Source: Alphaproteobacteria bacterium
GTDB lineage: Bacteria > Pseudomonadota > Alphaproteobacteria > UBA6615
Length of the DNA stretch: 64,000 bases
Assembly: GCA_965261975.1 (NCBI GenBank)
Contig: CBDHEC010000051.1
Location: 146,261 to 210,260 of the forward strand
Direction of reading: 5' to 3'
Position 1 is the first letter of the stretch. Each line of letters opens with the position of its first letter. Below are positions 19,655 to 31,500 of the stretch, piece by piece. The position numbers and the translations under genes are program-made. The notes beneath the pieces are model-generated. The model searched no databases. It saw only the letters and a program-made list of their open reading frames with translations, and was not told where the DNA came from.

Positions 19655-19670
19655 TTAATTATTGATCAAC
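19655..19670 (+). promoter_or_regulatory. CtrA-like site in the divergent RTX/T1SS promoter region
   Basis: TTAA-ttattga-TCAAC versus consensus TTAA-N7-TTAAC (1 mismatch). Confidence 0.45.
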
Positions 19671-19752
19671 CATATCGCTCGATGATCACACGAAGTTTGA
19701 CGAGAAGCTCTCATGGGTGGGGTTCAAGTCGACACCTGTGCTGGGAGCGGAC

Positions 19753-21518
19753 ATGTCGGTTCGTCCATCGAAAGTGTTTGTTGCGAAGAAGCCACGCGCC
19801 TTGCGTTCGCTTGCACGTTCCGCATTCGGACGTGCCGATGTTCTGATCTCTTCTGTGCTGATCAACATACTCTCACTGGCACTGCCCTGGTCATTCTGCA
19901 AACGTTTGACCGCGTTATTCCCAATGGCACGAGCGCAACCTTCGTCTATCTCCTGATCGGGCTTGGCGTCGCGGTCATGGCGGATGGCGGCATGCGCATG
20001 GCGCGCTCCTATATCACCGCCTGGGGTGCCGCACGGTTCGAACACGCCGTGGGATGCCGGACGATCAACCACATGCTGAATGGGAGCATTCTCAACTTCG
20101 AGAAGGAACCAACCGGCACACAGATTGCCCGCGTCAACGCCATCGAAACCTTGCGCGACCTGTATGCCGGGCAGGGCATGCTTGCCCTGATCGATCTTCC
20201 CTTCGTGGCAGTATTCCTCGCGCTCATCGGTATCGTCGGCGGCTGGTTGGTGCTCGTTCCTGTCGGAGTGATTCTTCTTGTCGGGGGAATTGCCGCATTG
20301 ATCGGTGTGCAGCTGCGAACCGCGTTGGATGACCGTCACACTGTCGACGATCGACGTTACAGTTTCGTCATCGAGGTTCTTGGAAGCATGCCTCTGATCA
20401 AGGGATTGGCGCTCGAAGGGCTCATGCTTCGACGGTATGAACGTTTGCTCGGCAGTTCTTCGGAGGCCGTACACAAGGTCATTCTCAAATCGGGCCTTGC
20501 CCAGGCACATGGTGCGATTTTTTCGAATCTGACGATGATTTCCGTCGCGGGCGCCGGTGCGCTCCTGGTCCTGAACGGACAACTGACCCTGGGTACGCTT
20601 GCCGCCTGTATGCTGCTGGCAGGCCGATCGGTACAGCCTGTTCTGCGGGCCATATCCGTGTGGGTACAGTTCCAGAATGTTCAAGTCGCCGAATCCCGTT
20701 TGCAGAACGTGATGGCGTCACCGTCCGAGGGACAGAACCAAACGCGCGAAGCACCGGATATTTCGGGGGCCGTCCGGTTCAAGGACATGGGTTTCATCTA
20801 TCCCGGAACCGACAACGCACTTTTTCTCAACGTCGACTTCCAACTTGATGCAGGCGAAACCGTGGCATTGGTCGGCGACAATGGTTGCGGGAAATCGACG
20901 CTCCTCTGGCTCACGATGGGGTTGCTGAGCCCGACGGCCGGTTCTATCGAGCATGACGGTGTAAGTATCGCCGACGTTCCGCCGGCCGATATACGCAGGC
21001 AGATTGCCTATCTTCCCCAACGCAGCACCCTGTACCGCGGAACGATCCGGGGAAACCTGACGATGTTCGCCGGGGATGATCGACTGGACGCCGCGATGGA
21101 GTACGCCCACGCCCTGGAACTCGACACTGTACTGGCGCGTCTGCCCGATGGGCTCGACACCCAGCTCGGCAGTTCAAGCAACGACATTCTGTCCGCCGGT
21201 GTTCGACAACGAATTTCGATCGTCCGGGCACTCGCTGCGCGCCCGAAATTGATGCTTTTCGACGAGGCGAACTCCGCGTTCGATTTCAGAACGGACGACA
21301 AACTGCGTGATCTTCTCGAGACCATGCGCGGGTCTGTTTCGATGCTGCTCGTCAGTCATCGCCCATCGCTGATCCGCATGGCCGACCGGGTCTGTGAAAT
21401 CACGCATCGTCAAATCCACGATCGCCGTTCCGCCGAGCATGTCGGGACGCCGCAGAATCCGCCCCGACAGGAAACTGCGGCCACGCCGTCAATCATGGAA
21501 AGTGCGCACGCATCATGA
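19753..21518 (+). CDS. Type I secretion ABC transporter 1 (1-nt deletion at about 19885-19887, probably a sequencing error)
   Basis: INILSLALP|LVILQTFDRVIP joins across frames; GDNGCGKST Walker A, LSAGVRQ, FDEAN, VSHR. Confidence 0.9.
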
Positions 21519-23677
21519 CCGCACTACTGGCAGCCCTTCCTCAGGCCAGCGAACAGGTAGAGCAACTCGAAGCCAACCTGAAGCGCGCAGACCCCGACGC
21601 CACCTTGCACGGCGCTGCGGGGTGTTTGGTCCCCATTCTCACCGCACTGAGGTGGCGCGGGGACCCCGACCAGCTGGTCGAATCCCTGCCGCATTTTGTC
21701 GGTGCGCTCGGCCTGGATGATCTGCGCGACGTTCTCGCCAGGCTCGGCTTTCCCACCAGCATGCTGAGAGACCAGGTTTCCAGCCTCGACGAGCGCATGT
21801 TCCCTTGCGTATTCGTTACCGACAAAGGTCGATTTATTGTCGTCCTCGAACGCGACGGCGAGCAATTCAGAATCTTCGACCCGGAACGCGGCGGTGAATC
21901 GCGGGAACGACTTTCAGGTGTTCACGGCCAGATTGTATTCGTTGGTGACCCATCCACGGCAAAGGCAAACGACGACAATTCCGGCACCGCGTGGTTCTCG
22001 CAAACAATGGCTCGCTTTCGCCGGACCGTTGTCATCATGTTCGTCACAACCTTTGCCATCAACATGCTTGCGATCGCGGTGCCGCTGTCGATCATGGTGA
22101 TCTACGACCAGGTCATTGGGCGACAGAATGGCAGTTTCCTGCCTTATCTTGCCGCCGGCGTCGCCATTGCGATGGCGATGGAGTTCGCGCTGCGCATCGT
22201 ACGCACACGAGGACAGGCGTATCTGAGCGCACGTCTTGAGTTTCTCATTGGCAGCAAGGCGATGGCACACATCACGCATTTGCCTTACGCGGTCGTCGAG
22301 CGGGTACCCGTCGGCAAGCAACTCGCGCGCATCAAAGAGTTTGAATCGCTACGCGATTTCTTCACCGGACCCCTGGTAACAATCGCCTTCGATCTTCCCT
22401 TCGTGATTGTCTTTGTCGCCGTTATCGCGCTGGTTGCCGGGCCTGTCGCACTTGTCCCCATTGGCCTCATGATTTTGTACGCCATCATGGGATTACTGGT
22501 GTTTCCCGCCATGCGCCGACGGGTCAAGCTTGCAAGCGCCGAACGCTCGGAGCGGCAATCCTTCATTGTCGAGACGCTTTCCGAAATGCGTTCGATCAAG
22601 GTCATGGGCGCCGAGCAACTCTGGCTTGAACGCTTCCGGAATATATCGGCCAGCGCGACGATGCGAACGTTTCACGCCAACCACCTGACGAGCCTCGTGC
22701 AGACAGCATCCCACATGCTGATGGTCCTTGGCGGCGTCGGTGTCTTGGCACTGAGCGTATTTCGCATCGAGACCGGGGCGATGACAATGGGTGCCCTGAT
22801 TGCCACGATGGCCCTGACATGGCGCGTCCTGGCGCCCATCCAGACCGGTTTCAATCAGGTCTCGAAACTGGAGCAGGTCTTGCTGAGTATCCGCCAGCTC
22901 AACGACCTCTTGCGTTTTCGCCTTGAACGCGGACCCGATCAGTTTGTCTGCGAACGCAAATTGTTTTCCGGCAATCTGGCGTTCCACCGCATCAGCCTGC
23001 GTTACCTCCCGCGCCACGAGCCGGCCTTGATGAATGTGACGTTCGGCGTTCGATCCGGCGAAATACTTGCCCTGGCCGGGACAAGCGGGTCGGGGAAATC
23101 CTCACTCCTGCGCGTCGCTTTGCGCCTGTATGAACCGCAGTCGGGGTCGGTGACCCTGGACGGGATCGATACACGACAACTCGACCCCGCCGAACTTCGC
23201 CGCGCCCTTGCATATGTGTCACAGGACACACAGGTGCTTTATGGAACAATCGCGCAAAATCTGCGGTTCGGGAATTACTCGGCCACCGACGAAGAACTGC
23301 GCAGCGCCTGTGCAATCGCCGGCTTGCTGGAGGAAATTGAAGGGCTCCCGACGGGCTTCGAGACCCGTATCGGTGACAACCTTACGGCAAGTTTGCCTGC
23401 CGGCTTCCATCAACGCCTGGCGCTGGCGCGCGCCTATCTGTCTGCCGCTCCCATCCTGTTGCTGGACGAAGCCGCAAACGCGCTGGACGACGCAGGGGAC
23501 GAGAAATTCCGAAACGCGCTGGATGCGATGCGCGGCTCCAGAACGATCATCCTTGCAACCCATCGACCAAGTCACATGCGTGTCGCCGACCGTGTTGTGG
23601 TGATGGCCAACGGCACGATGGTCGCAGAGGGAACTCCGGATGAAATTGTCCCGAAACTGCTCCGCCGAGCCATATGA
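21515..23677 (+). CDS. Type I secretion ABC transporter 2 with N-terminal C39-like domain
   Basis: C39-like N-terminus, TMD (IYDQVIG), GTSGSGKS, LLLDEA, ATHR. Confidence 0.92.
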   Translation: MTALLAALPQASEQVEQLEANLKRADPDATLHGAAGCLVPILTALRWRGDPDQLVESLPHFVGALGLDDLRDVLARLGFPTSMLRDQVSSLDERMFPCVFVTDKGRFIVVLERDGEQFRIFDPERGGESRERLSGVHGQIVFVGDPSTAKANDDNSGTAWFSQTMARFRRTVVIMFVTTFAINMLAIAVPLSIMVIYDQVIGRQNGSFLPYLAAGVAIAMAMEFALRIVRTRGQAYLSARLEFLIGSKAMAHITHLPYAVVERVPVGKQLARIKEFESLRDFFTGPLVTIAFDLPFVIVFVAVIALVAGPVALVPIGLMILYAIMGLLVFPAMRRRVKLASAERSERQSFIVETLSEMRSIKVMGAEQLWLERFRNISASATMRTFHANHLTSLVQTASHMLMVLGGVGVLALSVFRIETGAMTMGALIATMALTWRVLAPIQTGFNQVSKLEQVLLSIRQLNDLLRFRLERGPDQFVCERKLFSGNLAFHRISLRYLPRHEPALMNVTFGVRSGEILALAGTSGSGKSSLLRVALRLYEPQSGSVTLDGIDTRQLDPAELRRALAYVSQDTQVLYGTIAQNLRFGNYSATDEELRSACAIAGLLEEIEGLPTGFETRIGDNLTASLPAGFHQRLALARAYLSAAPILLLDEAANALDDAGDEKFRNALDAMRGSRTIILATHRPSHMRVADRVVVMANGTMVAEGTPDEIVPKLLRRAI

Positions 23678-25092
23678 CGCGCGAAGGTAAAGAGGTCTCC
23701 ATGTCGAAGACAAACCATCAGACACCGGTGCCAGCCGCACAGAAGGCCGAACTCCTCGCGCCCGCGAAACCACGGCGCGGTGCCACCCGGCACAAGCTCA
23801 GGTTTCTGTCGCATGCCGCGCAGTTGGAAGAGGCGGGCCCGCCGCGGTTCCTGACGACTGTCATCGTCGTTGTGGCACTTTTTGTCGTCGGCGCCGGTGC
23901 CTGGGCTGGCGTGACCAACGTGACGTCTGCGGCGCAATCGTCGGGAACAGTTGTTCCAACGGGCACGATCCATACCGTTAAGCATCTTGAAGGAGGCATT
24001 GTTCGCGAAGTTCTTGTGCGCGACGGCGACCATGTCGCTGCCGGCGATCTCCTCGTCCGGCTCGATGATGTTGCCAGCGGTGCGGATCTCGATCAGCTGG
24101 AAACCCGACGCCTCACACTCACGGCAAAGTCGAAACGGCTTCGCGCCGAACTCGGCGGATATCCGGAATCCTTCGCCGACCTGGAAGATCAGGAACCGAC
24201 GTTGATTGGAGACCAGAAGCGGCTCCTCGGCGTGGCACGCCAAAGCTATGACGACGAGCAGAATATTCTGGTTAGCCGGCTCGCCCAGCGACGTCTCGAG
24301 GTCGCGGCCTTGAAGGAACAGACATCGGGGCTGACCGACCAGCTTGCCGCAATTCGGGAGCAGGCAGACATTCGCGAAGGCCTTTTCAAGAAAGGCATCG
24401 GTTCACGCATTACGCTGCTGGAAACCCAGCGCGAAGTCGCCCGCCTGCGTGGCACTTTGGGCGAGAGCAAGTTCAGCCTGCGTCAGGCCGAAAGCGCCGT
24501 TCTCGAAGCGCAAGGCGCAATACGTGAGCATCGCTCACGCTGGCAGAGTGATCGGGAGCGTGAGCTCGAGACCGTCATGGCGGAGCTAAGCGAAGTGCTC
24601 GATACGCTGGCCCTGTTCCGCGACCGGGTCGAAAGACTGGAAATTCGAACACCGGTTCGGGGTACCGTGAACCTTCTATCTATCGCCGGCGCCGGCGCGG
24701 TCGTAGCCCCCGGCGAGAGCCTGATGGAAATTGTGCCCAACGACGAAATGTTGATGGCCTCGGTCAAGGTTGATGCCCGTGACGTGGGATATCTGTCACC
24801 CGGTCAGGTGGCGGATGTTTCGATCAGCGGATTCGATGTTGCACGATACGGAACCATTCCAGGCCGTCTCGAATGGGTCTCCGCCACCAGTCATGCGGAC
24901 GAGCAGGGCCGGGTTTTCTACGAGGCGCGTGTCGCCTTGGAGAACACCGAACTCAACTACGCGCAAGACAGCCGCCGCGTCATCGCAGGCATGTCCGTGC
25001 AGGCAAGCATCAATACCGGGACCCAGTCTCTATTCAGCTTCCTCGTTCGGCCCGTTGCCGCATCATTGCGCCTGGCGTTTGCCGAAAGATAG
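23674..25092 (+). CDS. HlyD family type I secretion membrane fusion protein
   Basis: Single TM, VKHLEGGIVREVLVRDGD, IRTPVRGTV, GMSVQASINTG; alternative start 23701. Confidence 0.95.
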   Translation: MTREGKEVSMSKTNHQTPVPAAQKAELLAPAKPRRGATRHKLRFLSHAAQLEEAGPPRFLTTVIVVVALFVVGAGAWAGVTNVTSAAQSSGTVVPTGTIHTVKHLEGGIVREVLVRDGDHVAAGDLLVRLDDVASGADLDQLETRRLTLTAKSKRLRAELGGYPESFADLEDQEPTLIGDQKRLLGVARQSYDDEQNILVSRLAQRRLEVAALKEQTSGLTDQLAAIREQADIREGLFKKGIGSRITLLETQREVARLRGTLGESKFSLRQAESAVLEAQGAIREHRSRWQSDRERELETVMAELSEVLDTLALFRDRVERLEIRTPVRGTVNLLSIAGAGAVVAPGESLMEIVPNDEMLMASVKVDARDVGYLSPGQVADVSISGFDVARYGTIPGRLEWVSATSHADEQGRVFYEARVALENTELNYAQDSRRVIAGMSVQASINTGTQSLFSFLVRPVAASLRLAFAER

Positions 25093-25223
25093 GCAACCTG
25101 CATTAAGTGCCTTTCCAGGACCGTCAGTAACCTGGACACGCACAAAACACTCCGTGTTTTCGCCATATTGCGTTGGTACCTTCACGCTCAGCCCTTATAT
25201 GTGTTGCGCAGGATGGAGCACCC

Positions 25224-26018
25224 ATGGCGAACGACGATAGAAAACCGAAAAAGCGCGAAGACCGGTTAGGCCTCGGCGGCAAAAAGCGGCACGGCATCGT
25301 AGCCCATCTGCGCGGATACTTTCTCGCCGGCCTGCTGACAGTCGCGCCGATCGGGCTGACCATCTGGCTGTTCTGGGTGCTGCTGAAATTCGTCGACTCG
25401 CGCATCACACCGCTGATCCCTCAGAATTATAATCCCAACACCTACCTGCACGCGGTCGTGCCGTTCGAGATCCCCGGTGTCGGCCTCATCGTCCTGATCG
25501 TGGCGCTGATTATTATCGGAGCGCTCACCCGCGTGCTGCTGGGCCGCACGCTCATCCGGATTGGCGAAAACCTGGTCAACCGCATGCCTGTGGTCCGCAG
25601 CGTTTATGGCGCCACCAAGCAAATCGTCGAATCTGTCCTCAAAAGTCAGTCCGACGCGTTTCGCCAGGTGGTGTTGTTCGAGTATCCCCGCCGCGGCAGC
25701 TGGGCAATCGGGTTCGTTACCGGTGCGACCAAGGGCGAAGTTCAGGCCCTGACCGACGACGACGTCGTCAATGTGTTCCTTCCGACCACACCGAATCCGA
25801 CATCGGGCTACCTCCTGTTTTTGCCGCGCCGGGAACTGATGCCGCTTTCCATGACGGTGGAAGAGGGGATCAAGATGATCATTTCCGGCGGCATCGTGAC
25901 ACCGGAAGACCGGCGCCCTCCCGAAGAGCGGGAAATCAAACGCATCTCCTCGGCCGACGGCGACAAGCCGACGATTGGACCGAACGCGGCCCTGACAGCG
26001 GCCGCCGACGACGAATGA
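25224..26018 (+). CDS. DUF502 family membrane protein
   Basis: YFLAGLL..API, VRSVYGATKQI, FLPTTPNPTSGYL. Confidence 0.92.
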   Translation: MANDDRKPKKREDRLGLGGKKRHGIVAHLRGYFLAGLLTVAPIGLTIWLFWVLLKFVDSRITPLIPQNYNPNTYLHAVVPFEIPGVGLIVLIVALIIIGALTRVLLGRTLIRIGENLVNRMPVVRSVYGATKQIVESVLKSQSDAFRQVVLFEYPRRGSWAIGFVTGATKGEVQALTDDDVVNVFLPTTPNPTSGYLLFLPRRELMPLSMTVEEGIKMIISGGIVTPEDRRPPEEREIKRISSADGDKPTIGPNAALTAAADDE

Positions 26019-26031
26019 TCGAACGCCCGGC

Positions 26032-28142
26032 CTAACCCGAACGCGCGTAGCGCACGGCGGCGTCTCTCTCGAACAGATACAACAAGGTACGCAGCGCATC
26101 GCCACGTGCGGATTCGAGCCCGGGATCCCGGTTCATGATCAACCGCGCATCGTCACGGGCCATCGCCAGCAATTCTCCATGGGCTTCGAGATCGACCATC
26201 CGGAACTCCGGCAACCCTGACTGGCGCGTTCCCAGTACGTCGCCAGCGCCGCGCAAACGCAGATCCTGCTCCGCGATCTCGAACCCATCGTCGGTATCCC
26301 GTAACACGCGTAGCCGTTCGCGCCCGGTCTGGCCGATCTCATGTCCATAAAGCAGCAGACAGGTGGGCGTCACGCTCGCCGCGCCCGATACGCCCCCGCA
26401 GTTGATGCAACTGGGCCAGACCGAAGCGCTCGGCATGCTCGATCACCATGACGGTCGCCTCGGGGACATCGACGCCCACCTCGATCACCGTGGTCGCCAC
26501 CAGAACATCAATCGCCGGCTCGACCCCGTCGGCAAACCGGGCCATCACCGCGTCTTTCTCCTTGCCCGCCATCTTGCCGTGAACGAGCCCGACCCGGTCG
26601 CCGAAACGTTCACGCAACGCGCTGTGGCGCGCGGTCGCGGCCGCGACGTCTATGGTCTCGGATTCTTCAACGAGCGGGCACACCCAGAAGACCTTGCCGC
26701 CGGCATCGAGCTGTCGCTGCACGCCGGCGACCGCGTCTTCGAGGCGGTCCACCGAAGCCGTCGTCGTCTTGACCGGCTTGCGCCCGGCGGGCTTCTCGCG
26801 CAGTTGGGATTCTTCGAGGTCGCCATAAGCGGCGAGCATCAGGGTGCGCGGGATCGGCGTTGCGGTCATCAACAGCACATCGACCGCCGCGCCTTTCTCG
26901 GCCAACAGGAGGCGTTGATGCACGCCGAACCGGTGCTGCTCATCAACCACGGCCCACCGCCAGGTCGTTGAATGCGATGTCACTCTGAAACAGTGCGTGG
27001 GTGCCGACCACGAGGGGGATGTCGCCGGATGCCAGGTTTTCTAGAATTTCGGCGCGCGCCTTGCCCTTGTCCCGACCGGTCAGCAACACACAAGATACGC
27101 CCGCGGCCTCGGCCAAGGGTGCAATGGTGGCGTAATGCTGGCGCGCGAGGATCTCGGTCGGCGCCATGAGTGCCGCTTGTCGTCCCGCCTCAACGGCCGT
27201 CAGCATGGCCATCAGGGCCACCACGGTCTTCCCGCTGCCGACATCACCCTGCAGCAGCCGCAGCATTCGATGCGCCGAACCCATATCCTCCTCGATGTCG
27301 ACGATCGCCGTTTTCTGGCTGCCCGTGAGCTCGAAGGGCAGGGCATCCAGCACTCGGGATCGCAGGCGCCCATTGCCGGTGATCGGCCGGCCCGCCTGTT
27401 TGCGGACATGTGAACGGACCAGCATGATCGCCAGCTGGCTCGCCAGAAGTTCGTCATAGGCCAACCGCATACGCGCCGGTGATACCGGATCGAGATCCGT
27501 GAGCTCGCCCGGCGTATGAGTTGCCGTCAACGCGTCATGCCAACCTGACCATTCACGTTGGATTACAAGCGACGGGTCGAGCCATTCCGTCAGATCCGGT
27601 GCGCGCTCCAGGGCCCCGGCCAGCGCCTTGCCGAGCACGTTTTGCGACAGGCCTTCCGTCAATGCGTAAACCGGCTGCACCCGCATCACCTTGTCCCGCT
27701 CGGACGGCTTGGCGACGATGTCCGGGTGGGTCATCTGCAGTTTGTCGTCATAGAGTTCCGCCGACCCGCTCACGAGCCGGATTTCGCCTTCGGGCAACGC
27801 TTTTGACAGGTAGTCGGCCCGGCCATGGAAATAGACCAGGGTGATTTCGCCGGTGTCGTCCCGGCAATCGATACGGTAGGGGATTCGGCGATTTGCCACC
27901 GGTGGCGCATGATGTTTAACGACGGTGAGCTCGAGCGTGGCGATGCGCCCCGTTTCAAGGTCGACCAGGTTGGGGCTGTAGCGGCGGTCGACGATGCCTG
28001 TCGGCAAGTGCCAGATCAGATCGACAATCTGCGGGCCGACCAGGCGCTCGATATGGGCACCGATCCGCGGCCCGATGCCTTTCAACGCCGTCACCGGTGC
28101 GAACAGGGGAAACAATATCTCTGGGCGGGCGCGTTGGGGCAC
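26032..28142 (-). CDS. recG: ATP-dependent DNA helicase RecG (two +1 frameshifts, at about 26953-26955 and 26365-26367, probably sequencing errors)
   Basis: LQGDVGSGKT, VVDEQHRFGV, ATTVIEVGVDV, QLRGRIGRG and DGFEIAEQDLRLRG are spread over three overlapping ORFs. Confidence 0.95.
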
Positions 28143-28249
28143 GGCGGGACCGATTGTGGGGTTCGTGCGGCTGACAGCAGTTCACAGGAAGGCTATATCC
28201 TACGGAGCAAGAGCGCCCGAGTCAGCATCGGGCAGACAGGACCGGAAAG

Positions 28250-28528
28250 ATGACTGCCGAGAAGACCACGGAATCACGTGATGAGCGGATCAAACGCCTG
28301 ATCTATCGCAGCATCTATACCGGCACCCTGGAGACCGACCTGCTGATTGGGAATTTTGCCAAACGGAACCTCGACAGCCTCAATGACGAGCTGCTCGATG
28401 AGTATGAAGCCTTGATCGATAACAGCGACCCGGATCTCTACATGTGGATCAGCGGACGCAAGCCGGTACCGGATGCCTGGGACGGCGAGATCATAAAGCG
28501 TCTCCAAAACTTCAGGCTCGAAGACTAA
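28250..28528 (+). CDS. sdhE: Succinate dehydrogenase assembly factor (SdhE/SDHAF2)
   Basis: RIKRLIYRS...G.LETDLLIGNF, D.DLY.WI.G; usual position between recG and mfd. Confidence 0.85.
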   Translation: MTAEKTTESRDERIKRLIYRSIYTGTLETDLLIGNFAKRNLDSLNDELLDEYEALIDNSDPDLYMWISGRKPVPDAWDGEIIKRLQNFRLED

Positions 28529-28529
28529 C

Positions 28530-31500
28530 TTGTTGCTAAATCACAATTTTACATGGGGCGAACCAGGCTCTGTGACGCGCTTTACCGGCGTGCCGGACGG
28601 CTGCGATGCGCTGCTGCTCGCCGAGCTTCTCGGCCAGGCCAAGCAGCCGCTACTACATGTATCGAGCGACGATCTCGGAATGAACCGGTTGGCGGAATCA
28701 GTTGCCTTTTTCGCCCCGGATGCACGAATCCTCAAGTTTCCGGCGTGGGATTGCCTGCCCTATGACCGGGTGCCGCCGCGCGCCGAGCTCGTTGCCGAAC
28801 GGATGGCGACACTCGGCACCCTCGCACGCGGCGGCGAAACCGATAAGGATACCGACGAACCGTCACTGATTCTCACCACCGTTGCCGCCGTGCTGCAGCG
28901 TGTTCCACCGCGCGATCATATTCGCGACAGCCATATCGAGCTGATCCCCGGCCGCACGGTGGATTTCAGCCTCGTCATGGCGTTTCTCGCAGCGAACGGC
29001 TTCCACCGGACTGAAACCGTCCGCGAGCCGGGCGAATTCGCAAGCCGCGGCGACATCATCGACCTGTTTCCACCCGGTTACCCCGAACCTGTCCGCATCG
29101 ATCTGTTCGGTGATGAGATCGAGGGACTCCGGTGCTTCGACCCCCTGAGCCAACTGACCACCCGGTCCCTGGACCGTCTGACACTTCTGCCCGCCAGTGA
29201 AATTTTGCTCGATGAGGCGGCGATCGCGCGGTTCAGATCATCCTATCGCAGCCGTTTCGGCGCGGTACGTGGTGACGATCCCCTGTATGAGGCGGTCAGC
29301 GAAGGAGTGCGCCATCCCGGGATGGAACATTGGCTCCCGCTGTTCTACGAGGCGCCCGAGACACTGTTCGACTATGTCGAGGGGCCGGTGATCCTCGGTG
29401 CCCAGACACCGGACGCCATGACCGACCGGTTCGATCAGATCACGGACTATTTCTCGGCCCGGGTAAACGCGCCCGATCGCGCGGAGGGCGAAGCACCCTA
29501 TAACCCGCTCCCGCCCGACGCGCTGTATCTCGGGCCCGATGAATGGGAAGACCTGCGCGAAACCAGGCACGCCATCGATTTCGATGTATTCGAAGCACCG
29601 GTGAGCGGGATGGAATCCAATTCCGTTGGCGGCCGCCGCACAGTCGATTTCGCCGAAGCTCGCAACCGGGCGGATACGAACCTGTTCGATGCCGTGCGTA
29701 CCCGCATCACCAACGAGCAGGGTGAAGGCCAGGCGATCGTGATCGCCTGCTACTCCAACGGCTCACGTGACCGGCTGACCCAACTCCTGATCGACCACGA
29801 CGTCGACCGTGCAACACCGGTATCGAATTGGGAGGCCGTCTTGTCAGCGGGCCCCGACCAAATATCGGTTTGTGTGCTCCCCGTGGATAACGGCTTTTCG
29901 GTGCCCGGGCGGACGGTCTACAGCGAGCAGGACATTCTGGGAGATCGTCTCGTCCGACGGCGACGCGCCACCAAACCGAGCGAACATCTCATCTCGGAGA
30001 TGTCGAGCCTGTCGATGGATGACATCGTCGTACACGCCGACCACGGAATCGGCCGCTATGACGGGTTGGAGACGCTCGAAATCGGGGGCGCACCTCATGA
30101 TTGTCTGCGGCTGGTCTATGCCGGCGACGACAAGCTCTATCTGCCGGTCGAGAATCTCGATCTGCTGTCGCGCTACGGCTCCGAAGAAGCCGGTGCCCAG
30201 CTCGACAAACTCGGGAATGCCAGCTGGCAGGCGCGGCGTGCTCAGGTCAAAAACCGTATCACCGAGATGGCGGATAAACTGATGGCACTTGCCGCCGAAC
30301 GGGAGCTGCGCCATGCACCGAAGCTCACACCGCCGGCGGGTCTGTATGAGGAGTTTTGCGCGCGTTTCCCCTTCGCTGAAACCGAGGACCAGAACCGCGC
30401 CATCAACGATACCGTCGAAAGCCTCGGAGCCGGCAAACCCATGGACCGGCTGGTCTGCGGTGATGTCGGGTTCGGCAAGACGGAAGTATCCCTGCGCGCG
30501 GCATTCGTCACCGCACTGAACGGACGCCAGGTCGCCGTGGTCGTCCCGACGACACTGCTCGCGCGGCAGCATTATCAGACATTCAAGGACCGGTTTGCCG
30601 GGCTGCCGGTCAAGGTCGCGCAACTATCGCGTCTGACCGCCGGCAAGGAAGCGGAGGTTGTTCGTACCGGGCTGGAAGAGGGTCAGATCGATATCGTCAT
30701 CGGCACCCACGCCCTGTTGTCCCAGTCCATCGCCTTCCGTGATCTGGGCCTGCTCGTCGTCGATGAAGAGCAGCATTTCGGCGTCGCTCAGAAGGAACGT
30801 CTGAAAGGGCTCGGCAGCGACGTCCATGTCCTGACCCTGACGGCCACGCCGATCCCGCGGACCTTGCAGCTGGCATTGACCGGTGTTCGCGAGCTCAGCC
30901 TTATCGCCACACCGCCGGTGGACCGGCTCGCCGTGCGGACATTCATTTTGCCCTATGACGGTGTCACCATCCGCGAAGCCATCATGCGCGAACATTTCCG
31001 CGGCGGGCAGAGCTTCTATGTTTGCCCGCGGCTTGCGGATATCGAGCGTCTCCAACAACGGCTGAAGGACCTGGTGCCCGAAGTCACCGTCGGGGTCGCC
31101 CATGGCCAGATGCCGGCGCGCGCCCTCGAGGACGTGATGACCGCGTTCTACGATCGCAAATACGAGGTGCTTTTGTGCACCAATATCGTGGAATCTGGGC
31201 TCGATGTTCCCTCGGCGAATACGATCATCGTCCACCGGTCGGACATGTTCGGACTGTCCCAGCTCTACCAGCTGCGCGGGCGGGTCGGCCGCTCGAAATC
31301 CAGGGCTTACGCCTACCTGACATTGCCGAACGATCGCACCCTGTCGGAGACGGCGCGACGCAGGCTGGATGTCATGCAGACACTGGATACGCTGGGTGCG
31401 GGCTTCAGCCTGGCCAGCCACGATCTTGATATCCGCGGTGCCGGCAACCTGCTGGGCGAGGAGCAGTCGGGCCATATCCGGGAAGTCGGCGTCGAACTCT

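Noticed and set aside
17859-25200. Genomic island integrated at tRNA-Leu carrying the T1SS
   Set aside because: No integrase and no copy of the tRNA 3' end seen near 25100; accessory origin is possible but unsupported
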